A DNA stretch of 56,618 bases from an uncultured Desulfovibrionaceae bacterium (GCA_964368805.1 CAYJDE010000001.1:1-56618); one strand, 5' to 3'. Shown: positions 27,825 through 37,589, numbered from the stretch's first letter. Made by a program: numbers and translations. The notes: a model not told the origin generated them from the letters alone.

Positions 27825-29945
27825 ATGGATATTTTTTCTGATACCCCCCCCACATGTGCTTCTCATTTTTCCAATAAAATGAAGTATATTGATTTATTCA
27901 CGCGGGTTTCTACACGTCTTTTCGCCAAAGAAAGTGATGACCATTTTCTGCAAGACGTATTAGAAGACATTGGTAATACCTTGCAAGTTAGTCGTGTATA
28001 TATATTCTATAGCCGAGATAAGCATTTCTGGTTTAATGCTTTCGAGTGGGTGGCTAAAGGTATTTCTGCTGAAAAAGATTTCTTACAAAATATTGATTTA
28101 CGCACGCTTGATAAAGATAACATGATGCGAATACTGGCAGAAGGCGAAGCTATTATTTACAATGATGTTGAAAGCTTACCTGCCGGAGTTCAGCGTGAAC
28201 ACTTGCTTGCACAAAACATTAAAGGCATTGTTGCAGTGCCCTTATTTTACGAAGGTGCTGTTATTGGCATGTTTGGCATAGATCAATGCCATACCACACC
28301 CAATTGGTCCGAAAATATTTTAAATACACTGGTTGCCCTTGGCGTTTTCATCAATGCCGCTTATGCCCACTGTAAAGGTAAGCGACATGTAGACAAACAC
28401 AGAGAGCAATTACGTACACTCCTTGATGTAATGCCCATGCCCATCTATATTTCAAACATGGACGATTACTCTTTTTTATTTTGCAATAAAGCCATTTATG
28501 ATAATTTTGACAGCGCAAACCTCTACAAAGAACCATGCCATAAGTTTTTGCAAAACCTTGATGAACCTTGCCCCTTTTGCACCAACAAACAGCTTCTGCC
28601 AGATGGTACCCCGTATATTTGGTACCACCATAACGCCCTTCTTAACCGTGATTTCCAAGTGATAGACAGCTGTATTACCTGGGAAAAAAAAGAAAAAAGT
28701 CGCTTTTCTTTAGCCCTAGATATTACTGAAACGCTACGCATTCAACGAGAACATGTGCTCGAACAAGAAGCCAATGAGGCCAAGGGTCAATTTATTGCTA
28801 ACATGAGCCATGAACTACGCACACCACTCAATGGTATCGTAGGGCTGACACATTTAGCAAAGCAAGCTAATAGCGATGCCCAAATAAAAGACTACCTTGA
28901 TAAAATACAATTTTCTTCTGACAATTTATTGCATGTCATCAATGATACTTTAGACTTATCTGATATTGACACAGGCAAAATTAAGTTTGAATCACGTCTT
29001 TTCCGATTGAATGATGTGGTGCATGGCGTGCAAGCTATCTTACAGCTTGCAGCAGAAACTAAAGGCATCGCCCTTACCATAGATATCGATTCTGCTGTAC
29101 CTCTTATGCTGGTTGGTGATTCCTTGCGTCTTTCGCAAATTATGATTAACCTCACCAATAATGCTATTAAATTCACTTCTGAAGGCTTTGTTCGCCTTGC
29201 TATTTCCCTCCATGAGCCCCCTGCCCATCATGCCTGCCCAGTAGGTAAAAAATGTGCTTGGCTACGTATTGCCGTGCAGGATTCCGGCATTGGTATTCCG
29301 CAAGACAAACTTGATTCACTATTTACGGAATTTACGCAAGTGGACAGTTCTACCACACGGCAGTACGGTGGTACAGGACTTGGTTTAAGTATAGTAAAGC
29401 GCTTTGTAGACCTTATGAAAGGTAGCCTTTCTGTTGAAAGCACGGTGGACCAAGGTAGTACCTTCACTTGCACTATTCCATTTTCCTTGGCCAATGAATT
29501 TGAATTTATTGACAAGCAAGAACTTTCACTTGAAAATACCAAAGAGACGTATGACATTAGTGGGGTACGCATCTTAGTGGTAGAAGACAATGAAATTAAT
29601 GCTCTTATAGCTTGTGAAATACTGGAAAGTTTTGGTTGCCATGTGGAAATAGCAGAAAATGGCTTAGCAGCATTGCATATTCTAGAAAAAAATTCTTTCG
29701 ACATTATTTTAATGGACATACAAATGCCCATTTTAGATGGACTTGAAACCACCCGTCGTTTACGTGCGCTCAGGCATTATGACACAATACCCATTGTGGC
29801 CATGTCTGCCCATGCCATGACACAAGATTTTGAAAGGAGCCTTGAAGCAGGCATGCAAGACCATATTACTAAACCTTTTATCCCTGAAAATTTACGACGA
29901 ATTGTTTATTCTTTTACCAAAAAAGAATTTTCCTTTTCTCGATAA
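27825..29945 (+). CDS. Hybrid sensor histidine kinase: GAF, Cys4-containing PAS-like domain, HisKA, HATPase_c, receiver
   Basis: GAF-like N-terminus. Cys motif C-x10-C-x2-C (EPCHKFLQNLDEPCPFC). H-box MSHELRTPLNGI. GGTGLGLSIV. REC motif ILMDIQMPILDG...ITKP. Confidence 0.88.
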   Translation: MDIFSDTPPTCASHFSNKMKYIDLFTRVSTRLFAKESDDHFLQDVLEDIGNTLQVSRVYIFYSRDKHFWFNAFEWVAKGISAEKDFLQNIDLRTLDKDNMMRILAEGEAIIYNDVESLPAGVQREHLLAQNIKGIVAVPLFYEGAVIGMFGIDQCHTTPNWSENILNTLVALGVFINAAYAHCKGKRHVDKHREQLRTLLDVMPMPIYISNMDDYSFLFCNKAIYDNFDSANLYKEPCHKFLQNLDEPCPFCTNKQLLPDGTPYIWYHHNALLNRDFQVIDSCITWEKKEKSRFSLALDITETLRIQREHVLEQEANEAKGQFIANMSHELRTPLNGIVGLTHLAKQANSDAQIKDYLDKIQFSSDNLLHVINDTLDLSDIDTGKIKFESRLFRLNDVVHGVQAILQLAAETKGIALTIDIDSAVPLMLVGDSLRLSQIMINLTNNAIKFTSEGFVRLAISLHEPPAHHACPVGKKCAWLRIAVQDSGIGIPQDKLDSLFTEFTQVDSSTTRQYGGTGLGLSIVKRFVDLMKGSLSVESTVDQGSTFTCTIPFSLANEFEFIDKQELSLENTKETYDISGVRILVVEDNEINALIACEILESFGCHVEIAENGLAALHILEKNSFDIILMDIQMPILDGLETTRRLRALRHYDTIPIVAMSAHAMTQDFERSLEAGMQDHITKPFIPENLRRIVYSFTKKEFSFSR

Positions 29946-30004
29946 CAATGAAAACTGTTTTTATTTCTCTTTTTTTTAAGCACTAACATCTTATTGAGGC
30001 CATT

Positions 30005-32077
30005 ATGAGTCATTCGGCAAGCCATAAAAATATAGAAAAAAATGTTACCACATTATTTTTGGAAATTTCCAAAACAATGATGGCATTGCCTGACGAGAAA
30101 GCTTTTTTCAAAGCCATACTTGCCAAAATTGGTACGACATTACAAGCAAGTCGTGTCTTTATTATGCGTTATACCAAACCGTATTGGAATTGTGAACATT
30201 ATTGGCTTGAAAACCCACAATTACTTGAAAAATACGGAAGTTTACAAAATGTAAACCTAGATTATCTTTTTAATGCAGAAGAAGCTAATCACAGTTTTTT
30301 GCAGGGGCATGCACTTTATATTGATGATGTCACACAAGAAAAAAATGCTGTTCGTAAAGCCCAATTGCAAGCTCAGGATGCGCATAGCCTTATTGCTATG
30401 CCCCTTTTTGATGATGGGCAATGTATAGGCTTTTTAGGCATTGACCAAAGCCGAAAAACAGAACATTGGGCTTCAAGCCGCCTTGAAACAGTGGAAACAC
30501 TTGGTTACTTACTTCAAGGGGTCATGGCCCATTTTAAAATGCAGCGTATGGGACAAAAAGAAGAAGAAGAAGCGCAAAAAATCTTAGACGTTTTCCCCAT
30601 TCCTCTATACATAGTGAACCCTGAAACATATACATTTATTTTACTCAATAAAGCAGCCAGAGAATTTATTAAAACCAATACCCCTGGTGAAGAAAAATGT
30701 TACAAGATTCTTCATGATTTTGACGAACCTTGCACCTTTTGCAGTATTGGAGAACATGAAATAGGCGGTGCTCCCAAGGTATGGACAAAGCATAACGATA
30801 AGTTTAACGCAGACTTTACCCTTATTGAAAGTTGCATCTCATGGAGTTCCATTGACAAAGCACACATTACTGTTTTTATTGACATTTCAGACTCTTTAGC
30901 CTTACAAAAGAAACAATTACTTGAAAAAGAAACTGTTAAAGCCAAAGCACGCTTTCTTGCCAATATGAGCCATGAATTACGCACTCCTGTCAATGGTATA
31001 GAAGGCATGAGTCTTATGGCAGAAAGAAAGAATGCCAACCCTATTGTTGCAAATTATCTAGAAAAAATAAAATTCTCTTCTCGCTTACTCTTAAATGTTA
31101 TTAATAACATTTTAGATTTTTCTAAAATTGAAGCCGGAAAAATGGAATTAGAAAATGTCTTCTTTCAATTGCGTGATACTTTTAAAGTATTAGAACAGAA
31201 TTTTTTACAAGAAGCCGCCGCAAAACAACTACAAGCCACTTTTTCCATAGCGGATACTGTGCCAAAAACCCTTTTGGGCGACCCTTTACGTGTATTACAA
31301 ATAGTACAAAATATAGCGTATAATGCTATTAAATTCACAGAAAGAGGTAATGTTTCTATAGAATTTACTTGGAGTGCGCAAGAAAACACTACAGAAGGCA
31401 TACTGACTATTATAGTAAGTGATACAGGTATTGGAATTTCAAAAGAACAAATAGCCCCTTTGTTTGATCTTTTCTATCTTGGCGATGCTTCCTTTACACG
31501 CAGGCATGGTGGTACAGGCATTGGTTTGCCGGTGGTGCAGGGCTTTGTTAAACTCATGCAAGGTCAAATTTCCGTAGAAAGTGAAGTGGGTAAAGGTTCT
31601 ATTTTTACATGCACCCTTCCCTTTACTGTACCCCAAAAAGAAGATAGTTGCCTTGATGCAAACTTAAACGAAGTCAATTGTCCGGACTTGGTGGGTACTC
31701 GTGTTCTTTTAGCAGAAGATAATGATATAAATATTATCATTGCTTTAGAAGCCTTAGAAGATTTTGGCTGTGATGTTGACGTTGCCAATGACGGATTGCA
31801 AGTTCTTGAAATGACCGCCACCCATGATTATGACATCATACTTATGGATGTGGAGATGCCACGTATGAATGGCCTTGAAGCCACAAAAAAATTACGTGAA
31901 AACCCGCTTTTTCACGATATACCCATCATTGCCATGTCTGCCCACAGCGTTCAAGAAATGAAAGAGCTTGGCATGGGCGAAGGCATGCAGGACTATATCT
32001 CAAAGCCTTTTGCCCCCCTACGTTTACGCCAGATCATCTCTTTATATGCTAAAAATATACAAATAAAAAAAGCATAG
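30005..32077 (+). CDS. Hybrid sensor histidine kinase, paralogue of the upstream gene (GAF, Cys4-PAS, HisKA, HATPase_c, receiver)
   Basis: Same architecture as the upstream gene: EKCYKILHDFDEPCTFC, MSHELRTPVNGI, GGTGIGLPVV, ILMDVEMPRMNG...ISKP. Confidence 0.88.
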   Translation: MSHSASHKNIEKNVTTLFLEISKTMMALPDEKAFFKAILAKIGTTLQASRVFIMRYTKPYWNCEHYWLENPQLLEKYGSLQNVNLDYLFNAEEANHSFLQGHALYIDDVTQEKNAVRKAQLQAQDAHSLIAMPLFDDGQCIGFLGIDQSRKTEHWASSRLETVETLGYLLQGVMAHFKMQRMGQKEEEEAQKILDVFPIPLYIVNPETYTFILLNKAAREFIKTNTPGEEKCYKILHDFDEPCTFCSIGEHEIGGAPKVWTKHNDKFNADFTLIESCISWSSIDKAHITVFIDISDSLALQKKQLLEKETVKAKARFLANMSHELRTPVNGIEGMSLMAERKNANPIVANYLEKIKFSSRLLLNVINNILDFSKIEAGKMELENVFFQLRDTFKVLEQNFLQEAAAKQLQATFSIADTVPKTLLGDPLRVLQIVQNIAYNAIKFTERGNVSIEFTWSAQENTTEGILTIIVSDTGIGISKEQIAPLFDLFYLGDASFTRRHGGTGIGLPVVQGFVKLMQGQISVESEVGKGSIFTCTLPFTVPQKEDSCLDANLNEVNCPDLVGTRVLLAEDNDINIIIALEALEDFGCDVDVANDGLQVLEMTATHDYDIILMDVEMPRMNGLEATKKLRENPLFHDIPIIAMSAHSVQEMKELGMGEGMQDYISKPFAPLRLRQIISLYAKNIQIKKA

Positions 32078-32104
32078 TTGTGCTATAGGTTAAGAGAAAC
32101 TTCC

Positions 32105-34318
32105 ATGGATATGCCCCTTTTTGACGCCGCCCAAACTTCCGTTGAAGTTACTGCCTCAGTGGAACGTATTGTTTTTCACAATGCAGAAAACGGCTATACC
32201 GTACTACGTGTTATGCCTATGAAAGCCAAAGATATTGTAACTGTGGTGGGGCATATTTTTGAACCGCAAGTGGGCGTACAATTAAAAATGGTGGGACAAT
32301 GGGTCAATAATGCCCGTTTTGGTCGCCAGCTACACATGGAAAGCTTTGAAGAAGTCATGCCGGCTTCTACAGAGGGTATTCGCCTTTATTTGGGCTCTGG
32401 CCTGCTAAAAGGTGTAGGCCCTGCCATGGCAGGGCGAATTGTGGAAGCTTTTGGCACAGACACCCTTCAAGTATTGGATGAAACACCTGAAAAACTTCTT
32501 AAAATAAAAGGTATTAGTAGAAGAAAATACGAAGGCATCATTAAAGGTTGGGCAGAACACCGTGGCATACGTGAGTTAATGATTTTTTTACAACCCCATG
32601 GCATCACAGCAAATTATGCCATACGAATTTATAAGCATTATGGCCCAGAAGCCTTAAGTATTGTTAAGGAAAACCCGTATCGCATGGCCATGGATATACG
32701 TGGCATTGGCTTTATCTCTGCAGATAAAGCTGCGCAGAAATTAGGTTTTAGTCTTGATAACCCCTTAAGAGCCGAAGCGGGCTTATTGTACACACTAGCG
32801 AAATGCACCGATGATGGCCATGTGTATATGCCCTTAGAAAAGCTGGCAACCATGACCTCTGAGGCATTAGAAATAAGCCTCGATATGGTGGAAGATGCCG
32901 TGGGTAGCATGCAACAACAAGAGCGTATAGTCTGTGAAGAAATGAACGGCGAAAAAGGTATTTTTCTTAGTCGCTATCACCATTATGAAAGCCAAATTGC
33001 TTTTTATTTAAAAAGATTACTACATTCCCCCAAATCTGTTCGCTTTGAAAACCCTAAGGCTTTGGTGGAAAGTGTTTTAGAAAAATTACCCATTTGCCTT
33101 GCGCCGGAACAAGAAGAGGCCATTTTTACCGCCACCCAATCAAAAATAATGGTCCTGACCGGTGGTCCTGGTACTGGAAAAACGACCATCATCAATGCCA
33201 TTATTCAGCTTTTCAATGTGGCAAGGGCAAAAATTCTTCTGGCTGCCCCCACGGGGCGTGCTGCCAAGCGCATGGCCGAAGCCACTAAACGTGAATCCAA
33301 AACCATACATCGCTTATTAGAATATAACCCCAGCGAAGATGGCTTTGCCCGCAATGAAAATAATCCCCTAGCCTGTTCTTTACTCATTGTAGACGAAGCC
33401 TCCATGATGGACACCATGCTTTTTTACCATCTCTTAAAGGCAGCGCCACTAGGGGCTACCCTTATTTTTGTAGGTGATGTTTATCAACTACCGTCGGTGG
33501 GGCCTGGTAATGTCTTGAAAGATATAATCAGCTCTCAAAGTATGCCCGTGGTGGAACTGACGGAAATTTTCCGCCAGTCGGCACAAAGCGAAATCATTCG
33601 CAATGCCCACCTTATCAATCATGGCGAAGTGCCCAATCTTGAATCCAACAAAGAACACCTCACTGACTTTTACTTTATTCGACAAAATGAACCAGAAAAA
33701 GCCGCTGCCATGGTGGTGGACTTAGTAAAAAATCACATTCCACGGCGTTTTTCTTTACATAGTCTTGAAGATATCCAAGTGCTTACCCCCATGCATAAAG
33801 GGGCAGTGGGCGCAGAAAATATGAATAAGCTTTTGCAAGAAGCACTTATCTACGAAAAGAATGCAAAAATTCAACGGGGAGAAAAAACCTTCTATCGTGA
33901 TGATAAAGTTATGCAAATTCGCAACAATTACGATAAAGATGTTTTTAACGGTGACATAGGGCGTATTGTATTGCTCGATGCCAAGGAGCGCACGCTTACA
34001 GTACGGTATGACGAACGTAACGTCCCGTATGATTTTGATGAATTAGATGAAATTATCCCTGCTTATGCCATTTCCATTCACAAATCCCAAGGTTCAGAGT
34101 ATCCTGCCGTAGTTATTCCACTCATGAGCCAGCATTATATGCTTTTACAACGCAATCTTGTATACACCGGAGTTACCAGAGGCAAAAAACTCGTAGTGTT
34201 GGTGGGGGAAAGTAAAGCTTTACATATGGCTGTAAAAAATAATCGTACGCAAAAGCGTTTTACACGTTTATGCGATAGATTACGTACTGATGATATACCG
34301 AACAAGGCTAGTACATAA
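32105..34318 (+). CDS. recD2: SF1B ATP-dependent RecD-like DNA helicase (RecD2 family)
   Basis: N-terminus VERIVFHNAENGYTVLRV (OB-like), HhH region LLKGVGPAMAGRIV, Walker A LTGGPGTGKTT, LLIVDEASM, C-terminal AISIHKSQGSEYP and VTRGKK. ATG 32105; the ORF-track start at 32078 is a TTG. Confidence 0.88.
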   Translation: MDMPLFDAAQTSVEVTASVERIVFHNAENGYTVLRVMPMKAKDIVTVVGHIFEPQVGVQLKMVGQWVNNARFGRQLHMESFEEVMPASTEGIRLYLGSGLLKGVGPAMAGRIVEAFGTDTLQVLDETPEKLLKIKGISRRKYEGIIKGWAEHRGIRELMIFLQPHGITANYAIRIYKHYGPEALSIVKENPYRMAMDIRGIGFISADKAAQKLGFSLDNPLRAEAGLLYTLAKCTDDGHVYMPLEKLATMTSEALEISLDMVEDAVGSMQQQERIVCEEMNGEKGIFLSRYHHYESQIAFYLKRLLHSPKSVRFENPKALVESVLEKLPICLAPEQEEAIFTATQSKIMVLTGGPGTGKTTIINAIIQLFNVARAKILLAAPTGRAAKRMAEATKRESKTIHRLLEYNPSEDGFARNENNPLACSLLIVDEASMMDTMLFYHLLKAAPLGATLIFVGDVYQLPSVGPGNVLKDIISSQSMPVVELTEIFRQSAQSEIIRNAHLINHGEVPNLESNKEHLTDFYFIRQNEPEKAAAMVVDLVKNHIPRRFSLHSLEDIQVLTPMHKGAVGAENMNKLLQEALIYEKNAKIQRGEKTFYRDDKVMQIRNNYDKDVFNGDIGRIVLLDAKERTLTVRYDERNVPYDFDELDEIIPAYAISIHKSQGSEYPAVVIPLMSQHYMLLQRNLVYTGVTRGKKLVVLVGESKALHMAVKNNRTQKRFTRLCDRLRTDDIPNKAST

Positions 34319-34463
34319 ATACATCTTTTCTAAGCTCATTCTTTACATTTCTTCACAATACGTGTAGATTTTCTGTAGGAAAGACTGATGGATTATCCCC
34401 TGTAATCATAATTATCTTTCATCAAAAAGATAGAATTTCTCTTAAATCAGCTTTCTATTTGCG

Positions 34464-34544
34464 ACCTCTGCACAATTATTTTTAAATATAGTTTTATGTC
34501 TAAAGTTTGAAAATTTGTTCGAAGCGACTATTTCGTGCTCTATT
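34464..34544. repeat. REPIN/MITE-like element, copy C (right arm degenerate)
   Basis: ACCTCTGCACAATTATTTTTAAATATAGTTTTATGTCTAAAGTTTGAAAATTTGTTCGAAG... The right arm has decayed to GTGCTCTATT. Confidence 0.75.
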
Positions 34545-34597
34545 ATGTGATTTTTCCCATAAAACATTTTATCCTTCACAAATGTGGGAGCATTCTT

Positions 34598-35434
34598 ATG
34601 AAAAAGTTCATGTACTGTCTTTTCTTTACCCTGTTCTGTACCTTTTCTTTGCCATTACAGGCTGCAGAGCTAACTTTGTACGCCACATCTTTGGGACAAG
34701 CAGACCTTCGTAGCTCCGCTAAAACACAAAAAGTAATGGTGGAAAGCCTTACTGTTGAAGCTGTAGCGCAAGAACTTTCAAAGTGGACAGGGCTTAATTT
34801 TTCCATCAATGATTTCACGCTCAAAGGCACACAAATCACCATTGATTGGTCTACATCTTCTACCCTACTTAGCGGTACACACACCAGTTCCACCCAAAAA
34901 GCATTCACCTTTAAAGACATCCATTCTTTACGTTGGTTTATGCTAGATAGTCTCTATATAACCCTTCTGGAAAATTTTGAATTAGAGGCCATATATTTTA
35001 CGCAAGATGGTGGAAAAACATTACGTTTTGACAAGCTTAGCCCTGTCAACGAATTCCCTCTTCAGCAAGTATATAAGGGAAGCAATTTTTATTTTCTTGC
35101 CTATAAAGAAAATACAGCAGCAGCGAGTATTCCTTCCCCTACTGTTATAGATGACGCCCTTCTTTTTAACCGCACCAAGGGCAGATGGCGCATACAAAAA
35201 GGCCAAGAATTCCCTATGAGTCTTATTGTTCTTGATGGTTTAGGAGGGTTTAGCTCCTATACAACCATTGGTACTTTGAAAATGAAAGGGTACTTAGAAT
35301 TTAAACATGAAAACAACCAAAATATTTTTGAAATGTATGGCCTTGATAAAAAATATTTGATGAATTTCACCATCGAAAGCGAAAATCAATTACACTTAAA
35401 GGCAGATAAAACCTATATATTTAACAAAGAATAA
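34598..35434 (+). CDS. Hypothetical secreted protein
   Basis: Signal peptide MKKFMYCLFFTLFCTFSLPLQA|AE. GGGAG RBS. No family recognised. The ORF-track start at 34535 lies inside the repeat element. Confidence 0.65.
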   Translation: MKKFMYCLFFTLFCTFSLPLQAAELTLYATSLGQADLRSSAKTQKVMVESLTVEAVAQELSKWTGLNFSINDFTLKGTQITIDWSTSSTLLSGTHTSSTQKAFTFKDIHSLRWFMLDSLYITLLENFELEAIYFTQDGGKTLRFDKLSPVNEFPLQQVYKGSNFYFLAYKENTAAASIPSPTVIDDALLFNRTKGRWRIQKGQEFPMSLIVLDGLGGFSSYTTIGTLKMKGYLEFKHENNQNIFEMYGLDKKYLMNFTIESENQLHLKADKTYIFNKE

Positions 35435-35538
35435 TGCGAGTATATCTGTGTCAAAGTAGGATATACAAAAATGTATTTTTTCATAAGGCCATTACATACT
35501 GTATTGTAATAGCACTCTATACATATACTGGAGTCACC

Positions 35539-36222
35539 ATGAAACATGTGCATAAAATTTGCTATTTAGGAATATGTCTCGCCTTCTTTTGCCTACATGC
35601 CGCTGACGATATTTTTGCCAAAAGTACGCCTTCAAAAATCGTAAGTGGAAAAGAAGCCTTGCAATTACTTAAAGAAAATAATGCGCTTTTCCAAAAATCC
35701 CTTCAAAATACTGCCAATATTTCTTTAGAGAAAAGACAAAAAACACAGCTGCATGGGCAGCACCCTTATGCCATTATTATAACCTGTGCTGACTCTCGTG
35801 TACCACCAGAGCACATTTTTTCCGCAGGCATAGGAGAACTTTTTGTCATCAGAAATGCAGGAAATATCATTGGTGCTCATGAAATTGGTAGTATAGAGTA
35901 CGCTGTGGAGCATTTACATGTAAAACTTATTGTAGTGCTTGGGCATACTCATTGTGGTGCTGTTGGCGCGGCCCTCACCCCTCCCCATAGTCCTAAAGAA
36001 CCATCGCAATTAAATAATCTTGTACAACATATTCATAGGGGTATTGCCGGAGAAAAGGACCCGAGAAGTGCAGAAAAGAAAAATATACAACGAAGCTTAC
36101 AAAATATTATTGCCGACCCTACGCTGCATAAGCTTATTAAGGAACATGCTGTAGATGTGCAAGGCGCCCTCTACTTCATTGATAGTGGTGCTGTAGAATT
36201 TCTCCCCATGACAAGCCATTAA
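35539..36222 (+). CDS. Beta-class carbonic anhydrase with an N-terminal signal peptide (predicted periplasmic)
   Basis: CADSRVPPEHIF and GHTHCGAV zinc-ligand motifs. Signal peptide MKHVHKICYLGICLAFFCLHA|AD. GGAG RBS before ATG 35539. Confidence 0.85.
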   Translation: MKHVHKICYLGICLAFFCLHAADDIFAKSTPSKIVSGKEALQLLKENNALFQKSLQNTANISLEKRQKTQLHGQHPYAIIITCADSRVPPEHIFSAGIGELFVIRNAGNIIGAHEIGSIEYAVEHLHVKLIVVLGHTHCGAVGAALTPPHSPKEPSQLNNLVQHIHRGIAGEKDPRSAEKKNIQRSLQNIIADPTLHKLIKEHAVDVQGALYFIDSGAVEFLPMTSH

Positions 36223-36341
36223 AAAAGCGTATTGTACTTCGTCAAAAGCGCATGAAATTTAACGCAGAAGAGCCAAAAAGGTATTTAGGTAAACACGCTC
36301 TAGCTTTTTTGAAACAGATTTTTTCAACAAGCTAATCAAAG

Positions 36342-36423
36342 ACCTCTGCACAATTATTTTCAAATATAGCTTTGTGTCTAAAATTTGAAAATTTGCTAGA
36401 AATGTAAAATAAAGTGCAGAGGT
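36342..36423. repeat. REPIN/MITE-like 82-bp element, copy D
   Basis: ACCTCTGCACAATTATTTTCAAATATAGCTTTGTGTCTAAAATTTGAAAATTTGCTAGAAATGTAAAATAAAGTGCAGAGGT. Confidence 0.85.
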
Positions 36424-36430
36424 AAAGGCA

Positions 36431-36553
36431 CAAAAATCAATCGCTTTGCTCTCGATTTGCGTAATTGCTCGTACCTCGCAAACGCAAACGGCTTTGCCGC
36501 CCTTTGGGTCGGACTTAACGGCGAAGCAAAGCTACGCCTATTCTTGATTTTTG
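36431..36553. other. ~123-bp GC-richer imperfect long hairpin element (possible structured RNA or a second miniature element)
   Basis: Outer arms CAAAAATCAA (36431-36440) / TTGATTTTTG (36544-36553). Inner arms GCTTTGCT (36443-36450) / AGCAAAGC (36525-36532). Confidence 0.4.
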
Positions 36554-36593
36554 GTCGCATTGACTGTCGTCAACGCTCCGAGAGACCCTACGC

Positions 36594-36654
36594 AATGAAT
36601 TGGCAGAGGTCTCAATCAACCCTAATGAATTGCGCAGAGGTCTCAATCAACCCT
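36594..36654. repeat. Tandem duplication (30 + 31 bp) of a REP singlet
   Basis: AATGAATTGGCAGAGGTCTCAATCAACCCT followed by AATGAATTGCGCAGAGGTCTCAATCAACCCT. The arm ATTGCGCAGAGGTCTC is the reverse complement of the REP core GAGACCTCTGCGCAAT. Confidence 0.85.
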
Positions 36655-36675
36655 TTGGAAAAAGAAGGAAAAATT

Positions 36676-37536
36676 ATGAACTATTTTTTTGCACTCTTAC
36701 TCAGTTTATGCCTATGCATAAGCAGTACGGTATCTTTAGCACAAGACATTTCAGAATATAGCAATGCTTTTAAAATCTACATTCTTCCTGAAAATCAAAT
36801 GACAGGAAAACCCGCTATACTGCTTGGTGCAAAAGCCGAAAAAGACTTTCCTATGTATTTAAATACCTACCTACTTTTAGGGAAAGAAAATACCATTCTT
36901 ATTGATGCAGGCTTTGGGAATAGACTCTTTGAGCACCTTAAAACATTACAGTTTCCCCCTGAAAGCATCGATACTATTTTGCTCACCCATATGCATCCAG
37001 ATCACATAGGCGGTTTACTTAAAGAAGGTAAAGTGGCCTTTCCCAATGCCACTATTTGGCTTGCTCAGCAAGAATACGCCTATTGGACTGACAAAGCATT
37101 ACAAAAAGCACTTCCCGAAAATAAACAACAAGCTTTTTTGCAAGCACAAAAAGTACTTGCTGCATATGGAAAGAAAGTACGCACCTTTAACCCTAAAAAT
37201 ATCGCTGAACAAAAAGACTTTTTACTGGAAGATATAAAAGCCATTGCTGCCTTTGGACACACTCCGGGACATACCGCCTTTTTAGTGGGCCAAGGTGCTG
37301 ATGCTCTATTTATCTGGGGTGATGTTGTCCATGCAGAAACATTTCAACTGCCACAACCGGCAGTCAGCGTTATCTATGATGTGGACCCAAAACAAGCACA
37401 AAAAACACGAGAAGAGCTTTTTACATATATTGAAGAACAGGGCATCAAGGTAACAGGCATGCATATTGGCCGCCAAGGCGCCTCTGTGCTGAAGAAAAAA
37501 GGGGAAGGTTACGAGCTAGTAAAAGCTCCTCAATAG
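36676..37536 (+). CDS. MBL-fold metallo-hydrolase with a signal peptide
   Basis: HMHPDHIGG (HxHxDH) and a later GHTPGH. Signal peptide MNYFFALLLSLCLCISSTVSLA|QD. GAAGGA RBS. The ORF-track N-terminal extension (from 36457) runs through repeat DNA. Confidence 0.82.
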   Translation: MNYFFALLLSLCLCISSTVSLAQDISEYSNAFKIYILPENQMTGKPAILLGAKAEKDFPMYLNTYLLLGKENTILIDAGFGNRLFEHLKTLQFPPESIDTILLTHMHPDHIGGLLKEGKVAFPNATIWLAQQEYAYWTDKALQKALPENKQQAFLQAQKVLAAYGKKVRTFNPKNIAEQKDFLLEDIKAIAAFGHTPGHTAFLVGQGADALFIWGDVVHAETFQLPQPAVSVIYDVDPKQAQKTREELFTYIEEQGIKVTGMHIGRQGASVLKKKGEGYELVKAPQ

Positions 37537-37589
37537 ATTACACAGATATTTAGTATAATGGGGCCTTTGTACCATAATATACTGAGGCC

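Noticed and set aside
32105-34318. RecD-like helicase as part of a defence system (for example Gabija- or Dnd-like)
   Set aside because: The architecture is standard RecD2. There is no adjacent nuclease or partner gene: the upstream genes are kinases and the downstream region is a REP-flanked exported-protein island.
34464-36423. REP doublets as integron attC sites flanking gene cassettes
   Set aside because: The arms (ACCTCTGCAC/GTGCAGAGGT) do not resemble attC R''/R' cores (RYYYAAC/GTTRRRY). No intI gene is present, and copies also flank core genes such as ychF.
36594-36654. Possible mini-CRISPR array
   Set aside because: There are only two directly abutting repeat units with no spacers, and no cas genes are present. 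The unit is a REP-family arm, so this is a tandem REP duplication.
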